NCBI GenBank assembly: GCA_033809015.1
Contig: JAPXMM010000001.1
Location: 1 to 47,493, forward strand
Direction of reading: 5' to 3'
Source of the DNA: Bacteroidales bacterium
GTDB taxonomy: Bacteria; Bacteroidota; Bacteroidia; Bacteroidales; DTU049
DNA: 47,493 nt
In this document: positions 1 through 9,422 of the stretch, piece by piece
Layout: every line of letters starts with the position of its first letter
Position numbering within the stretch: position 1 is the first letter of the stretch
Position numbers and translations under genes: made by a program
The notes under the pieces: model-generated
Database searches by the model: none
Told to the model about the DNA's origin: nothing
Seen by the model: the letters and a program-made list of their open reading frames with translations, nothing else

Positions 1-1
1 T

Positions 2-69
2 ATTGTAAATGTTAATATTCAAGCTTTTAGAGAAGGATTAGCTTTTGCTAAAGAATATACAAAAGCATA
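2..69 (+). CDS. 3' end of an unidentified CDS truncated by the window edge
   Basis: Open frame from position 2 reads IVNVNIQAFREGLAFAKEYTKA, then TAA at 67-69. Too short to assign a product. Confidence 0.3.
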
Positions 70-132
70 AAAACATTCTACTTTTTTTTGTAATTTGTTA
101 AAAAGTAATATAACGACTTTCACTTTGATTTT

Positions 133-260
133 TTCTTTTTATAGCTGAAAAATAAAGAAATTTATAAAAAATTTTTATTATAAATCAAATTAGACTCTTT
201 AAAAATATGGCTTTATTTATATTCAATTTAATAATTTATTATTAATTAAACTCCTAATTT
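133..260. repeat. MITE-like intergenic repeat, copy 1 (right half; may extend from about 78)
   Basis: Aligns by eye with 14258-14372: 'tttctttttatag(c/t)tgaaaaataaag...ctggctttgcttat...aataatttaattattaattaaac(t/a)cctaatt'. Ends 14 nt from the tRNA. Confidence 0.6.
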
Positions 261-275
261 GATTTTTTGATTCTG

Positions 276-349
276 TGGGCCCACCAGGACTTGAACCTGG
301 GACCTACTGATTATGAGTCAGTTGCTCTAACCAACTGAGCTATGGGCCC
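276..349 (-). tRNA. tRNA with CAT anticodon (elongator Met or lysidine-modified Ile2)
   Basis: Reverse complement GGGCCCATAGCTCAGTTGGTTAGAGCAACTGACTCATAATCAGTAGGTCCCAGGTTCAAGTCCTGGTGGGCCCA folds as a cloverleaf. It has a 7-bp acceptor stem, GCTC/GAGC D stem, ACTGA/TCAGT anticodon stem, loop CTCATAA, and CCAGG/CCTGG T stem with a TTCAAGT loop. G1-C72 are paired, so it is not an initiator. CCA is not encoded. Confidence 0.88.
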
Positions 350-438
350 TTTTGCGTTTGCAAAATTACATAAATATTTTTAATAAAAAAATTTTTTTTA
401 TTCTTAAAAAAAATATACTTTTATAAAAATTTTTACAT

Positions 439-3087
439 ATGAAAAAAATATTATTTTTTATTTTATTTCTAACAAGTTTGATTTCATATAGTCAGATAAG
501 TTACCCAGGGACACCTGCTAGCCAAGGAGTCAAAATAAACAAAACAAATTTATACAGTTTGCCTGCTATAGATGTAGATGCTTTGAAAATGGAGGATGCC
601 ATAGTAGATAAATACAAAGACAGACCGTGGAGATTTGGTCAAAATGTTTATGTAGATATTAACCTTACAAATAGAGATGCGGATACTATAATAAATGGGA
701 AAAAGATATGGATAATGACATTCAAATCTGACGGTGCACTCACTCTTAATTTTACTTTTGATAAATTTTATCTACCAGCAAATACTGAATTATATTTATA
801 TAATGCAGATAAAAGTATGGTGTTAGGGGCTTTTAATTATCAAAATAATAGTGCAGATAGTGTTTTCGCTACAACTTTAATTCCTGGTGATGAAGTTACT
901 ATAGAAGTAAATCAAGATGTTTCGGTTAATGAGTTGCCTACATTACATCTGTATAGGATAACACATGGTTATAGAAATGCCTATGACTATGCATTGAAAT
1001 CATTTGGTCAGTCTGGTAGCTGTAATGTAAATGTGGCTTGTCCACAAGCTGCTGGCTGGGAAGATCAGATAAGATCTGTATGTATGCTAGTATCAGGAGG
1101 TAGTGGTTTTTGCTCTGGTGCTTTAATAAATAATACTAATAATGATGCTACCCCATATGTTTTGACAGCCAATCACTGCTATTCTGACCCCTCTAGCTGG
1201 GTATTTTGGTTTAACTGGCAAAGCCCTACATGTAGTAATCCTTCTAGCTCTCCTTCATATAATTCTATGAGTGGTGCTACATTGAAAGCTAGGTATTCAA
1301 ATTCAGATTTTTGTTTAGTGCAAATAAATAATAGTATTCCCTCATCGTATAATGCTTATTTCTCTGGGTGGAATCGCACAACAGATAATAACATAAGTGG
1401 TAAAGTGGTAGGTATTCATCATCCTGCAGGGGACATTAAAAAAATCAGCTGGTCTAATTCTGGCGTAAGTACTACAACCTATTTACAGAATTCAGTACCA
1501 GGTGATGGCACTCACTGGAGAATAACCTCATGGAGTGATGGTACTACTACAGAAGGTGGTTCTAGTGGTTCTCCTATATTTGATCCTTCTGGACATATTG
1601 TAGGACAACTTCATGGAGGTTATGCAGCTTGTGGTAACACTAGCTCAGATTGGTATGGCAAACTTGGTGTATCTTGGGATGGCGGTGGTTCATCTAGTAA
1701 TAGGTTAAAAGATTGGTTAGATCCTTCTAATAGTGGCGTTACTGTACTAGAAGGTTATGATCCGAATACACCTGTAGCAGATTTAGATGCTTCTGTCATT
1801 CAAATTTTACCTACAAATAATGAATTCTGCGAAAGTACTACACAAAATTTTCAAGCTGTCATAAAAAATAGAGGTAATTTAACTTTAACTTCTTTAAAAA
1901 TATATTGGACTTTTGATGGTGGTTCTACAAATGTTATTAATTGGACCGGTTCATTAGCTTCTAATCAAACTAGCACCATTGATTTATCTTCATATTTATT
2001 AGAACAAGGTTCACATTCATTAACTGTATGGTGTGCTGAGCCTAATGGTGGTACAGATGAAAATCATAACAATGATACTTTAGACTGGCAAGGTGAGGTA
2101 TTTCCTTCTATGCGTCCTTCTCCTTTTGTAGAACTTTTCAACGGTACTTTTCCACCAGCATGTTGGGCAATATATATAGGTACTAACGGACTTGGAACTA
2201 ATTATAATTGGCAAAGCACTAATGATGCTTACGAAGGCTCTGGAGCTGCTTTTGTAGATTATGAGAATGTATCTGGTGGACAAGCAGAGGATTGGTTAGT
2301 AACTCCTAAAATCCATCTGTGTACTAATCCAGTACTTACTTTTTATCAAAAACAAGATTATTCTAGTAACTATAACTCTACCTATAGTGTACGCATTTCT
2401 ACTACTTCTCAGACTTCACATACTGCATTTACTACAATTTCTCAGTGGAATGAGTCTTCTTTTAGTACTTCATATACTAAAAAAACTATCGATTTGAGTG
2501 CATATGCTAATCAAAATGTCTATCTTGCATTTGTGATGTCACAGGATAATGGCGATAGCTGGTATATAGATAGTCTTTTAATAAAAGGCGACTGTGATCC
2601 AAACCTTACTTTAGATTTAGGCGAAGATATCGACACTATTTGTGGTCAACAAATTACTATCGATGCTGGCAATGACTTTGCTTCATTTCTATGGTCAGAC
2701 CAATCTACCGAACAAACTATCACCCTCACACCTCAAAATGGTCAAAATTATTCCTATTCATTGACAGCTACTGATTATTGCGGTTGTACACATAGCGATC
2801 AAATCAATATTACTTGCCATATTGGTGGTTCTATTAATGATTATGATAATGATTTTTCATTATACTGGTCTAATGATCATCAAGCTATTATTTTTAATAA
2901 TAAATCAAATAATCAAATCGCTATTTCTATTTATAATTCACTCGGTATGTGTGTCATAGAAAATCAAATAATTAATGCTAATAGTACACAAAATATATAT
3001 TTGAATACTGTGGCTGACGGCGTATATTATTCTCACATTTCCACAAATAATAATAATATTAAAGTGGTACCTTTTATTAAATATTAA
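439..3087 (+). CDS. Secreted trypsin-fold serine endopeptidase (lysyl-endopeptidase-like) with C-terminal accessory domains and a T9SS sorting tail
   Basis: Signal peptide MKKILFFILFLTSLISYSQ. His motif LTANHC and Ser motif TEGGSSGSPIF. A choice-of-anchor-J-like segment (FNGTFPPACW...EDWLVTPKI). C-terminal beta-rich tail ends ...GVYYSHISTNNNNIKVVPFIKY, typical of Por/T9SS CTDs. Confidence 0.75.
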   Translation: MKKILFFILFLTSLISYSQISYPGTPASQGVKINKTNLYSLPAIDVDALKMEDAIVDKYKDRPWRFGQNVYVDINLTNRDADTIINGKKIWIMTFKSDGALTLNFTFDKFYLPANTELYLYNADKSMVLGAFNYQNNSADSVFATTLIPGDEVTIEVNQDVSVNELPTLHLYRITHGYRNAYDYALKSFGQSGSCNVNVACPQAAGWEDQIRSVCMLVSGGSGFCSGALINNTNNDATPYVLTANHCYSDPSSWVFWFNWQSPTCSNPSSSPSYNSMSGATLKARYSNSDFCLVQINNSIPSSYNAYFSGWNRTTDNNISGKVVGIHHPAGDIKKISWSNSGVSTTTYLQNSVPGDGTHWRITSWSDGTTTEGGSSGSPIFDPSGHIVGQLHGGYAACGNTSSDWYGKLGVSWDGGGSSSNRLKDWLDPSNSGVTVLEGYDPNTPVADLDASVIQILPTNNEFCESTTQNFQAVIKNRGNLTLTSLKIYWTFDGGSTNVINWTGSLASNQTSTIDLSSYLLEQGSHSLTVWCAEPNGGTDENHNNDTLDWQGEVFPSMRPSPFVELFNGTFPPACWAIYIGTNGLGTNYNWQSTNDAYEGSGAAFVDYENVSGGQAEDWLVTPKIHLCTNPVLTFYQKQDYSSNYNSTYSVRISTTSQTSHTAFTTISQWNESSFSTSYTKKTIDLSAYANQNVYLAFVMSQDNGDSWYIDSLLIKGDCDPNLTLDLGEDIDTICGQQITIDAGNDFASFLWSDQSTEQTITLTPQNGQNYSYSLTATDYCGCTHSDQINITCHIGGSINDYDNDFSLYWSNDHQAIIFNNKSNNQIAISIYNSLGMCVIENQIINANSTQNIYLNTVADGVYYSHISTNNNNIKVVPFIKY

Positions 3088-3093
3088 AAAAAT

Positions 3094-5928
3094 ATGAAAA
3101 AATTATTTTGCTTAATAATTACCATAATTTTTACTTTCAATGCTAATTTATTGTTTAGTCAATCAAATATAAATGATACCATATTTGAAGGAAGAACAGA
3201 AATATATATAGCTATTCCCATTCAGGATGAAAATATTGACATTAATACACTTAAATACACTATTTATATTGATAAAATAACTACAGATACTATTTTCGCA
3301 TATGTTACTTATAAGCAATATGATGCTTTTAATGAACTAAATATAAATTTTATAAAACTAACACCACCTAGTATGAGACTAAATGAGGCTGAGCTAAATA
3401 TGAAAGATGAGAATGACATTATAAATAAACAAATAACGAGTTGGGATTATTATCCTACTTATAGTGCTTATTTAACTTTAATGCAGCAATTTGCTCAAAC
3501 ATATCCCAATTTATGTAGATTAGATACCATCGGTACTAGTGTAAATGGCAGACTTATTTTATCTGCAATAATTTCTGATAATGTAGTATTGAATGAAAAA
3601 GAACCTAAAATTTTCTATACATCTTCAATGCATGGTGACGAATTAACTGGTTATGTGCTTATGCTACACTTGATAGATTATTTACTACAAAATTACAGTT
3701 CTAACCCTAGAATTCATAAAATAGTAGATTCTTTAGAGATACATATCAATCCATTAGCCAATCTAGATGGCACATATTTTAGTAGTAATAATAGCGTGAG
3801 TGGAGCTACACGAGAAAATGCCAATAGCATAGACATTAATAGAAATTTCCCTGTTCCTGATGGCAGCATTGGTGAGGATAATACGTATTCTTTAGAGACA
3901 GAAACGCAAGCATTTATTAATTATGGTAAAAAATATCCTTTCGTAATGTCAATAAACTTTCATGGTGGAGCTGAGATAGCTAACTATCCATGGGATTACA
4001 AAACAGCAGATCATCCTGATAAAACATGGTGGAAATATATTTGTAAAGAATATGCTGATACTGCACAATATTACAGTCCCAGTAGCTATTTCGAATATCA
4101 ACCTTATGGAGCAGACTATCCTGGAGTAATTGAAGGAGCTTCGTGGTACTTAGTAAGTGGTTCTAGACAAGATTGGATGAACTACTTTACTCATTGTAGA
4201 GAAATCACCCTTGAAATTTCAAATACTAAAACTCCTGCTGCTAGCGAACTTGAAAATTTCTGGACATACAATTATCATAGCTTTTTAAATTATCTTGAAC
4301 AAGCTATTTATGGCATTAGAGGAACTGTAATAGACGGATGTACAGGAGACCCTATTAAAGCATTAATTACTATTAATAATCATGATGCTGACAGTAGCCA
4401 AGTATATTCTCATTTGCCTCATGGTGATTATTACAGACCTATAGCAGCTGGCACTTGGACAATGATAATTTCTGCAACAGGATATCAACCAGTTACTATT
4501 AATAATGTAACTACCCAAAATAAAACCATAACTGTAAAAAATGTAACCTTATATCCATATCCGCCCGTTGCCAATTTCACTACAGATGTAACAAATACAT
4601 GTACTGGCATTGTTAATTTTGTAAACAATAGCGAAACTAGTCCCAATAGTACTTTTTTATGGGACTTTGGCGATGGCACTACTAGTAATGAAATAAATCC
4701 AACTCATTTTTATACTCAAGATGGCACCTACAATATCAAACTAAAAGTATCAAATTGTGCTGGAGAAGATTCAGTTATTTATGATAACTTAATAACAGTA
4801 GAAATGCCCGTTAGCCCTACTTTATCACAAAGTAATTACGATATCTGCTATGGAGAAGGAATAACAATTCAAGCTACTGCAAATGGAAATATTTATTGGT
4901 ATAATGATAATTTTGGCAATTCAACTATCAACACGGGAAATCAATGTTCCCTTAACAATATATTAAATGATGATACTATTTATGTAAATAATATAATAAG
5001 CAGTACCTATTTCGGTGGTAAAACTGATAACAGTGGTACAGGCGGATATTTTAATAGTAATGTAGAGCATGGTCTATATTTCGATTGTTTACAATCTGTC
5101 AATCTGAAATCTATAAATGTATATGCTAATACTACTGCTGATAGAACTATAACTTTATATGATAACTCCTCTAATGTGATATATTCTCAATCGATAAATA
5201 TACCTTCTGGAGAAAGCCGCATCAATCTAAATTGGCAAATACCAATAGGAAATAATCTAAAAATCACTGCTTCTACATATCCGAATTTATATAGAAATGG
5301 CACTAATGGTGGACCTAATCTCGGCTATCCATTTAATATTAATAATTTTATATTGATTACTGCTAGTACTGCTGGCACTAATCCTACTAGCTATTATTAT
5401 TACTTCTACGATTGGGAAATAGAGGAGAAATGTGAAAGTCCATTAATTCCAATTTATATCAATGTAAATGATTTACCCACAGCTGCATTTGCATATGAGA
5501 TAAATGGTAGTAGTGTTAATTTTTCTAATCTTAGCCAAAATGCTAATTCATTCTATTGGGATTTTGGAGATGGTAATTATAGTTATGATATAAATCCTAC
5601 TCATACCTATAATAATGGTTCTACATTTATAGTGAAACTCATCGTAACTAATGATTGCGGATCTGATACTATGACAGAAACTATAAATATCACTAATATT
5701 CAAGACTTAGAAGAAGGGAAAATTACATTTTTAAATATTGATAATGATTTGATTATTCATTCTGATGTTTTGATCAATAACATTACAATTACTAATATAA
5801 TAGGGCAAACTATTTTTGAAAAAAATATAAATAATAATATTTTTGAACTTTCAACAGAAACATGGAAATCAGGTATTTATCTGATCAGAGTTAATAATGA
5901 GAAGTTTTATAAGTTTATTAAATTATAA
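3094..5928 (+). CDS. M14-family zinc carboxypeptidase with two PKD domains and a T9SS sorting tail
   Basis: Signal peptide present. Zn-ligand motifs SSMHGDELTG and NFHGGAEIANYPWD. Two PKD-like segments (FLWDFGDGTTSNEINPTHFYTQDGTYNIKLKVSN and FYWDFGDGNYSYDINPTHTYNNGSTFIVKLIVTN). C-terminal tail ...GIYLIRVNNEKFYKFIKL. It starts 6 nt after the previous gene, so co-transcription is likely. Confidence 0.8.
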   Translation: MKKLFCLIITIIFTFNANLLFSQSNINDTIFEGRTEIYIAIPIQDENIDINTLKYTIYIDKITTDTIFAYVTYKQYDAFNELNINFIKLTPPSMRLNEAELNMKDENDIINKQITSWDYYPTYSAYLTLMQQFAQTYPNLCRLDTIGTSVNGRLILSAIISDNVVLNEKEPKIFYTSSMHGDELTGYVLMLHLIDYLLQNYSSNPRIHKIVDSLEIHINPLANLDGTYFSSNNSVSGATRENANSIDINRNFPVPDGSIGEDNTYSLETETQAFINYGKKYPFVMSINFHGGAEIANYPWDYKTADHPDKTWWKYICKEYADTAQYYSPSSYFEYQPYGADYPGVIEGASWYLVSGSRQDWMNYFTHCREITLEISNTKTPAASELENFWTYNYHSFLNYLEQAIYGIRGTVIDGCTGDPIKALITINNHDADSSQVYSHLPHGDYYRPIAAGTWTMIISATGYQPVTINNVTTQNKTITVKNVTLYPYPPVANFTTDVTNTCTGIVNFVNNSETSPNSTFLWDFGDGTTSNEINPTHFYTQDGTYNIKLKVSNCAGEDSVIYDNLITVEMPVSPTLSQSNYDICYGEGITIQATANGNIYWYNDNFGNSTINTGNQCSLNNILNDDTIYVNNIISSTYFGGKTDNSGTGGYFNSNVEHGLYFDCLQSVNLKSINVYANTTADRTITLYDNSSNVIYSQSINIPSGESRINLNWQIPIGNNLKITASTYPNLYRNGTNGGPNLGYPFNINNFILITASTAGTNPTSYYYYFYDWEIEEKCESPLIPIYINVNDLPTAAFAYEINGSSVNFSNLSQNANSFYWDFGDGNYSYDINPTHTYNNGSTFIVKLIVTNDCGSDTMTETINITNIQDLEEGKITFLNIDNDLIIHSDVLINNITITNIIGQTIFEKNINNNIFELSTETWKSGIYLIRVNNEKFYKFIKL

Positions 5929-6120
5929 AAGTTTAAGCAAAATGATTAAACTAGGTTGACTCTATTCCAATATTATGCGACATCATTGTCTTTAATTTAT
6001 TACGATTATTTCTTTGTAAATTATTTCAAAACAAGACGGCTTTTTGATGATGATATATATTATTTAATTTTACAAAATCAAGAAAAAATTTTAATTTTAT
6101 AAAAGTTTTTTTTAGCAGTT

Positions 6121-7206
6121 ATGAATTATTTATTAGACAGACAAGATTTATATAATTTAGATAAAAACGAAATAATAGAATTATTGCAATTGCAAGGTGA
6201 TGATTTCTTAAAATTAGTTAAAAAAGCTAATGAAATTCGTTTAAAATATAGAGGTGACAAAGTATATTTTAGAGGTTTAATAGAATATTCTAATATTTGC
6301 AGAAAAAATTGCTTTTATTGTGGCATTAGAAGTGGTAATAAAAATTTTATTCGTTATACCATAAAAGATGATGAATTTTATAATGCTGTAAACTTTGCTA
6401 TCAGAGAGCAATATGGGAGCATTGTAATACAAAGTGGCGAAAATACTAGTCCAGCTTTTATAGAAAAAATTACAGAATACATAAAAGAAATTAAAAAAAT
6501 TAGTAATGGTAAATTAGGCATTACACTATCACTAGGGGAGCAATCATTAGAAACATATCAAAAATGGTATGATGCTGGTGTACATCGCTATTTATTACGT
6601 ATAGAAGAGTCTCATCCTGAGTTATACAAAAAGTTACATCCACAGGATGGCAATCACGACTTTGAAACTAGGTATAATTGTTTAATAAATCTACAAAATA
6701 TTGGTTATCAATTGGGCACTGGTATTATGATAGGTCTACCGTTTCAAACAGCGGAACATTTAGCTGATGATCTAATTTTTATGAGAGAGCTAGACATAGA
6801 TATGTGTGGTATGGGACCTTATATAGAACATCCTGATACTCCGCTTTATCAATACAAAGATGAGCTTTTACCTTTAAAGGATAGGTTTAATTTGACTTTA
6901 AAAATGATTGCTATTCTCAGGTTGATGATGCCCGATATTAATATAGCCGCTACCACTGCTATGCAAGCTATTGATCCAATGGGTAGAGAAAAGGCTTTGC
7001 AAGCTGGTGCTAATGTTTTGATGCCTAATATTACTCCTAAGCAATACAGAGAAGAATATTTACTCTACAATAATAAACCCTGTATAGATGAAAATCCTGA
7101 TGATTGTATAACTTGCTTAGACTCTAGGGTACAAATGGCAGGTTATCGTGTAGGCTACGATGAATGGGGTGATAGTGCTCATTATTTTAATAGAAAAAAT
7201 ACTTAA
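6121..7206 (+). CDS. hydE: Radical SAM enzyme of the HydE ([FeFe]-hydrogenase maturase) / BioB-like family
   Basis: CRKNCFYCGIRSGNKNFIRYT (CxxxCxxC cluster), IVIQSGE, LSLGE, RYLLRIE, GYQLGTGIMIGLPFQT and DIDMCGMGPYIEHPDTP. Collinear with my recollection of Thermotoga HydE. No hydA/hydF/hydG in the window. Confidence 0.7.
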   Translation: MNYLLDRQDLYNLDKNEIIELLQLQGDDFLKLVKKANEIRLKYRGDKVYFRGLIEYSNICRKNCFYCGIRSGNKNFIRYTIKDDEFYNAVNFAIREQYGSIVIQSGENTSPAFIEKITEYIKEIKKISNGKLGITLSLGEQSLETYQKWYDAGVHRYLLRIEESHPELYKKLHPQDGNHDFETRYNCLINLQNIGYQLGTGIMIGLPFQTAEHLADDLIFMRELDIDMCGMGPYIEHPDTPLYQYKDELLPLKDRFNLTLKMIAILRLMMPDINIAATTAMQAIDPMGREKALQAGANVLMPNITPKQYREEYLLYNNKPCIDENPDDCITCLDSRVQMAGYRVGYDEWGDSAHYFNRKNT

Positions 7207-7213
7207 AAAATTC

Positions 7214-8251
7214 TTAATTTTTCTTTGGTTTATATCCACTTTGTTGCAATAAAATACTAGAGTTTGTTATCGAAAAAATATTTTTAAAATTTTCATTTGG
7301 ATGGGAACGTGCATAGCTACGTATTATTTGCCATCCTATATATTGACCAATACGTGGAGCACTATTTTGTGAAAATGTACTAGTGAATGGTGCCTCACCT
7401 ATATATTTATTTATTTCACGCACATCTGTAGTATAAAGCAATTTTTTATCAATAAAAAATCCCCAAACATTTCCTTCATTGGTACTAGCCCACATATATT
7501 GCGGTGTAGTGTAATATATTTTTATACTATCAGGTATTTCTGGCAAGGCTAAATCCGTAAAATATAATATTTTACCATGATAAAGCATTTTATCCAAAAG
7601 AGTGCTATTAGGAGGATTATATTTTTCTACATATGATCTTCCTATTTCCTCCATACAATCTACTATTATGAAATCCTTTGTCATTCTATGCGAAATATAT
7701 TTAGGTATGCCAAACTGTTTATAGATGTTATAATTCTCACCTAAATACATGTCTAAGGCTATGATAAGATTATTTTCTGCATACTTAACAGGAAATTCAA
7801 AGTCGCCACCAGACACATAAGTGTAAATATTGGGTATGACAAAACTACTATCAAAATATAATATCCTTTTAAAAGCTTCTTTCAGAGACATTTCTAACCA
7901 TGATAAATCATCATATTGTTCATCTACATCTTTTTTAAATTGTTTCACTGTTTGATCTTTCAAGTATAATTTCATTTGATAAATATTTGCTGGATTATTT
8001 AAATCTTCTAATTTATAAAAAAAACCATATTTATTATGTAATGTTGTCAATCTTTCTTTTAAACTATCGAGAGGTATAGCAAACAAATCCTGCTCATATC
8101 TGCGTATTTTAATCGGTGGCACGTATATATTTGTCATTTTTTTTCTTTCTATTACTGGTAAAAATTCTTTATCTTTATTTTTATTACTACATGAGTTACA
8201 TGCATTCAATATTAGAGCAAGTAAAACAACTATTGGAAATATTTTACTCAT
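7214..8251 (-). CDS. gldB: Gliding motility lipoprotein GldB
   Basis: Lipoprotein signal (LALILNAC). C-terminal ...APRIGQYIGWQIIRSYA...SGYKPKKN matches the remembered GldB signature (GRVGQWIGWQIVRSY...KYKPKK). The length also fits. Confidence 0.75.
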   Translation of the reverse strand: MSKIFPIVVLLALILNACNSCSNKNKDKEFLPVIERKKMTNIYVPPIKIRRYEQDLFAIPLDSLKERLTTLHNKYGFFYKLEDLNNPANIYQMKLYLKDQTVKQFKKDVDEQYDDLSWLEMSLKEAFKRILYFDSSFVIPNIYTYVSGGDFEFPVKYAENNLIIALDMYLGENYNIYKQFGIPKYISHRMTKDFIIVDCMEEIGRSYVEKYNPPNSTLLDKMLYHGKILYFTDLALPEIPDSIKIYYTTPQYMWASTNEGNVWGFFIDKKLLYTTDVREINKYIGEAPFTSTFSQNSAPRIGQYIGWQIIRSYARSHPNENFKNIFSITNSSILLQQSGYKPKKN

Positions 8252-8302
8252 AAGAAATTATTTTTATAATTTTGTTTTTGAAATTCAAAATTAATAAAAC
8301 TT

Positions 8303-9019
8303 ATGAAAAGGATAGCAATTTTAATTATAGGACTTTTGTCAGTATTTTCATTAAAAATTTATGGACAAAATGATGAAGCATTAACAGAATTTAAATTTTT
8401 CAGAGCTGGTATGTATGGGACTACTGGAATTACTTGGATAAAACCTGACATGAAAGAATGGACAAATGAGGGTGTTCGTTTTGGTTATGGTTATGGTTTT
8501 ATGGCAGAGTTTGCTCTAGCACCTAATATTATTATTGCATCAGGCTTTGATGTGATGTATGGAAGTGGTAAATTGAAATTCGCTGATACACTGTTTATCT
8601 TTGATAGCTCTATAGCCAAACAGTCTGATATTAATTCTTTATACAAAATTCAATATTTACAAATTCCTATTACTATCAAAATGCGCACTAATGAAATTAA
8701 TTATTTCAGATATTATATGAGACTCGGTAGCTCATTAGGCTTCAGAATAGGAACTAAATATACTGAAGAAATTAGTGCCAAAGATGGTTCACTTGTTTCT
8801 ACACCTTATGATAATGAAAAAGCTATTGATCGTGTTCCTCTTTTCAGAGCTTCTTTCGATGTAGGTGGTGGTATAGAATATTCACTAGGTGGCACTACTG
8901 CATTATTAGCAGAAATATATTTTAATAATGGCCTCACTAATAGCTTAAAAGAATATAATAATTTTAAATATAATGCTAAAGTCAATTACTTAATGCTAAG
9001 AGTTGGCGTTTTATTTTAA
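8303..9019 (+). CDS. Small outer-membrane beta-barrel protein (OMP_b-brl/PorT-like)
   Basis: Signal peptide ending ...KIYGQ. Alternating hydrophobic beta-strand pattern. Aromatic C-terminus ...LMLRVGVLF. Confidence 0.5.
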   Translation: MKRIAILIIGLLSVFSLKIYGQNDEALTEFKFFRAGMYGTTGITWIKPDMKEWTNEGVRFGYGYGFMAEFALAPNIIIASGFDVMYGSGKLKFADTLFIFDSSIAKQSDINSLYKIQYLQIPITIKMRTNEINYFRYYMRLGSSLGFRIGTKYTEEISAKDGSLVSTPYDNEKAIDRVPLFRASFDVGGGIEYSLGGTTALLAEIYFNNGLTNSLKEYNNFKYNAKVNYLMLRVGVLF

Positions 9020-9230
9020 GATAAAGATAAAAAAATTTTCGCTTCTGCCTGCTTGAATATCGAAAAGCATCGACAGATGACTCAATTATTATTGCCCGAG
9101 AATCCTTCTGGAAAGAAGCTTTATTATCTAGAACTGAATTTGGATATAATAAAAATTAAAAAACTGCTGTTGACAAAAGCTATACGTAATGCGATTTTTG
9201 GTCCTAAACTGAAAGTGAATTAATATTAAC

Positions 9231-9405
9231 AAACATCATTTATAAATATTTGGCTAATTGGCTTTTAAATAAAAAAGTAGATTGGTTAAAAAAAACTTTT
9301 AGATTGAAAAAATTTATTTTTTGGTTAAAATAATTATTTTTATTTTTGACAAAATTTTTGAAAAAAATAACGGGGAAGCTGAAAACCGAATAGAGTAAGC
9401 AGAAA
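9231..9405 (+). repeat. Cassette-upstream module, copy A (promoter plus conserved leader)
   Basis: Paralogous to 10567-10737 and partly to 12614-12700. Contains 'aaacatcatttataaatatttggctaattggctttt...gtagattggttaaaaaaa...ataattatttttatttttgacaaaattt...aataacggggaagctgaaaa..tagagtaagcagaaa'. Confidence 0.85.
9341..9348 (+). promoter_or_regulatory. Bacteroidota-type -7 box (TAnnTTTG) inside module A
   Basis: 'tatttttg' lies 75 nt upstream of the ATG at 9423. The same box sits at the same module position in copy B. Confidence 0.5.
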
Positions 9406-9422
9406 TTTTAAATCTAAGTATT

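Noticed and set aside
9077-9223. 48-aa ORF (MTQLLLPENPSGKKLYYLELNLDIIKIKKLLLTKAIRNAIFGPKLKVN) upstream of module A. An alternative frame ends ...ARESFWKEALLSRTEFGYNKN.
   Set aside because: It is short and low-complexity, with no recognisable domain or promoter box. It may be a gene remnant, but I cannot support a call.
9353-9422. The conserved leader 'aataacggggaagctgaaaa..tagagtaagcagaaa' as a riboswitch or ncRNA.
   Set aside because: I could not find a convincing stem structure, or compensatory changes between copies A and B. The variable pentamer 'ccgaa' versus 'tagat' has no visible pairing partner. It is kept only as a conserved leader within the module finding.
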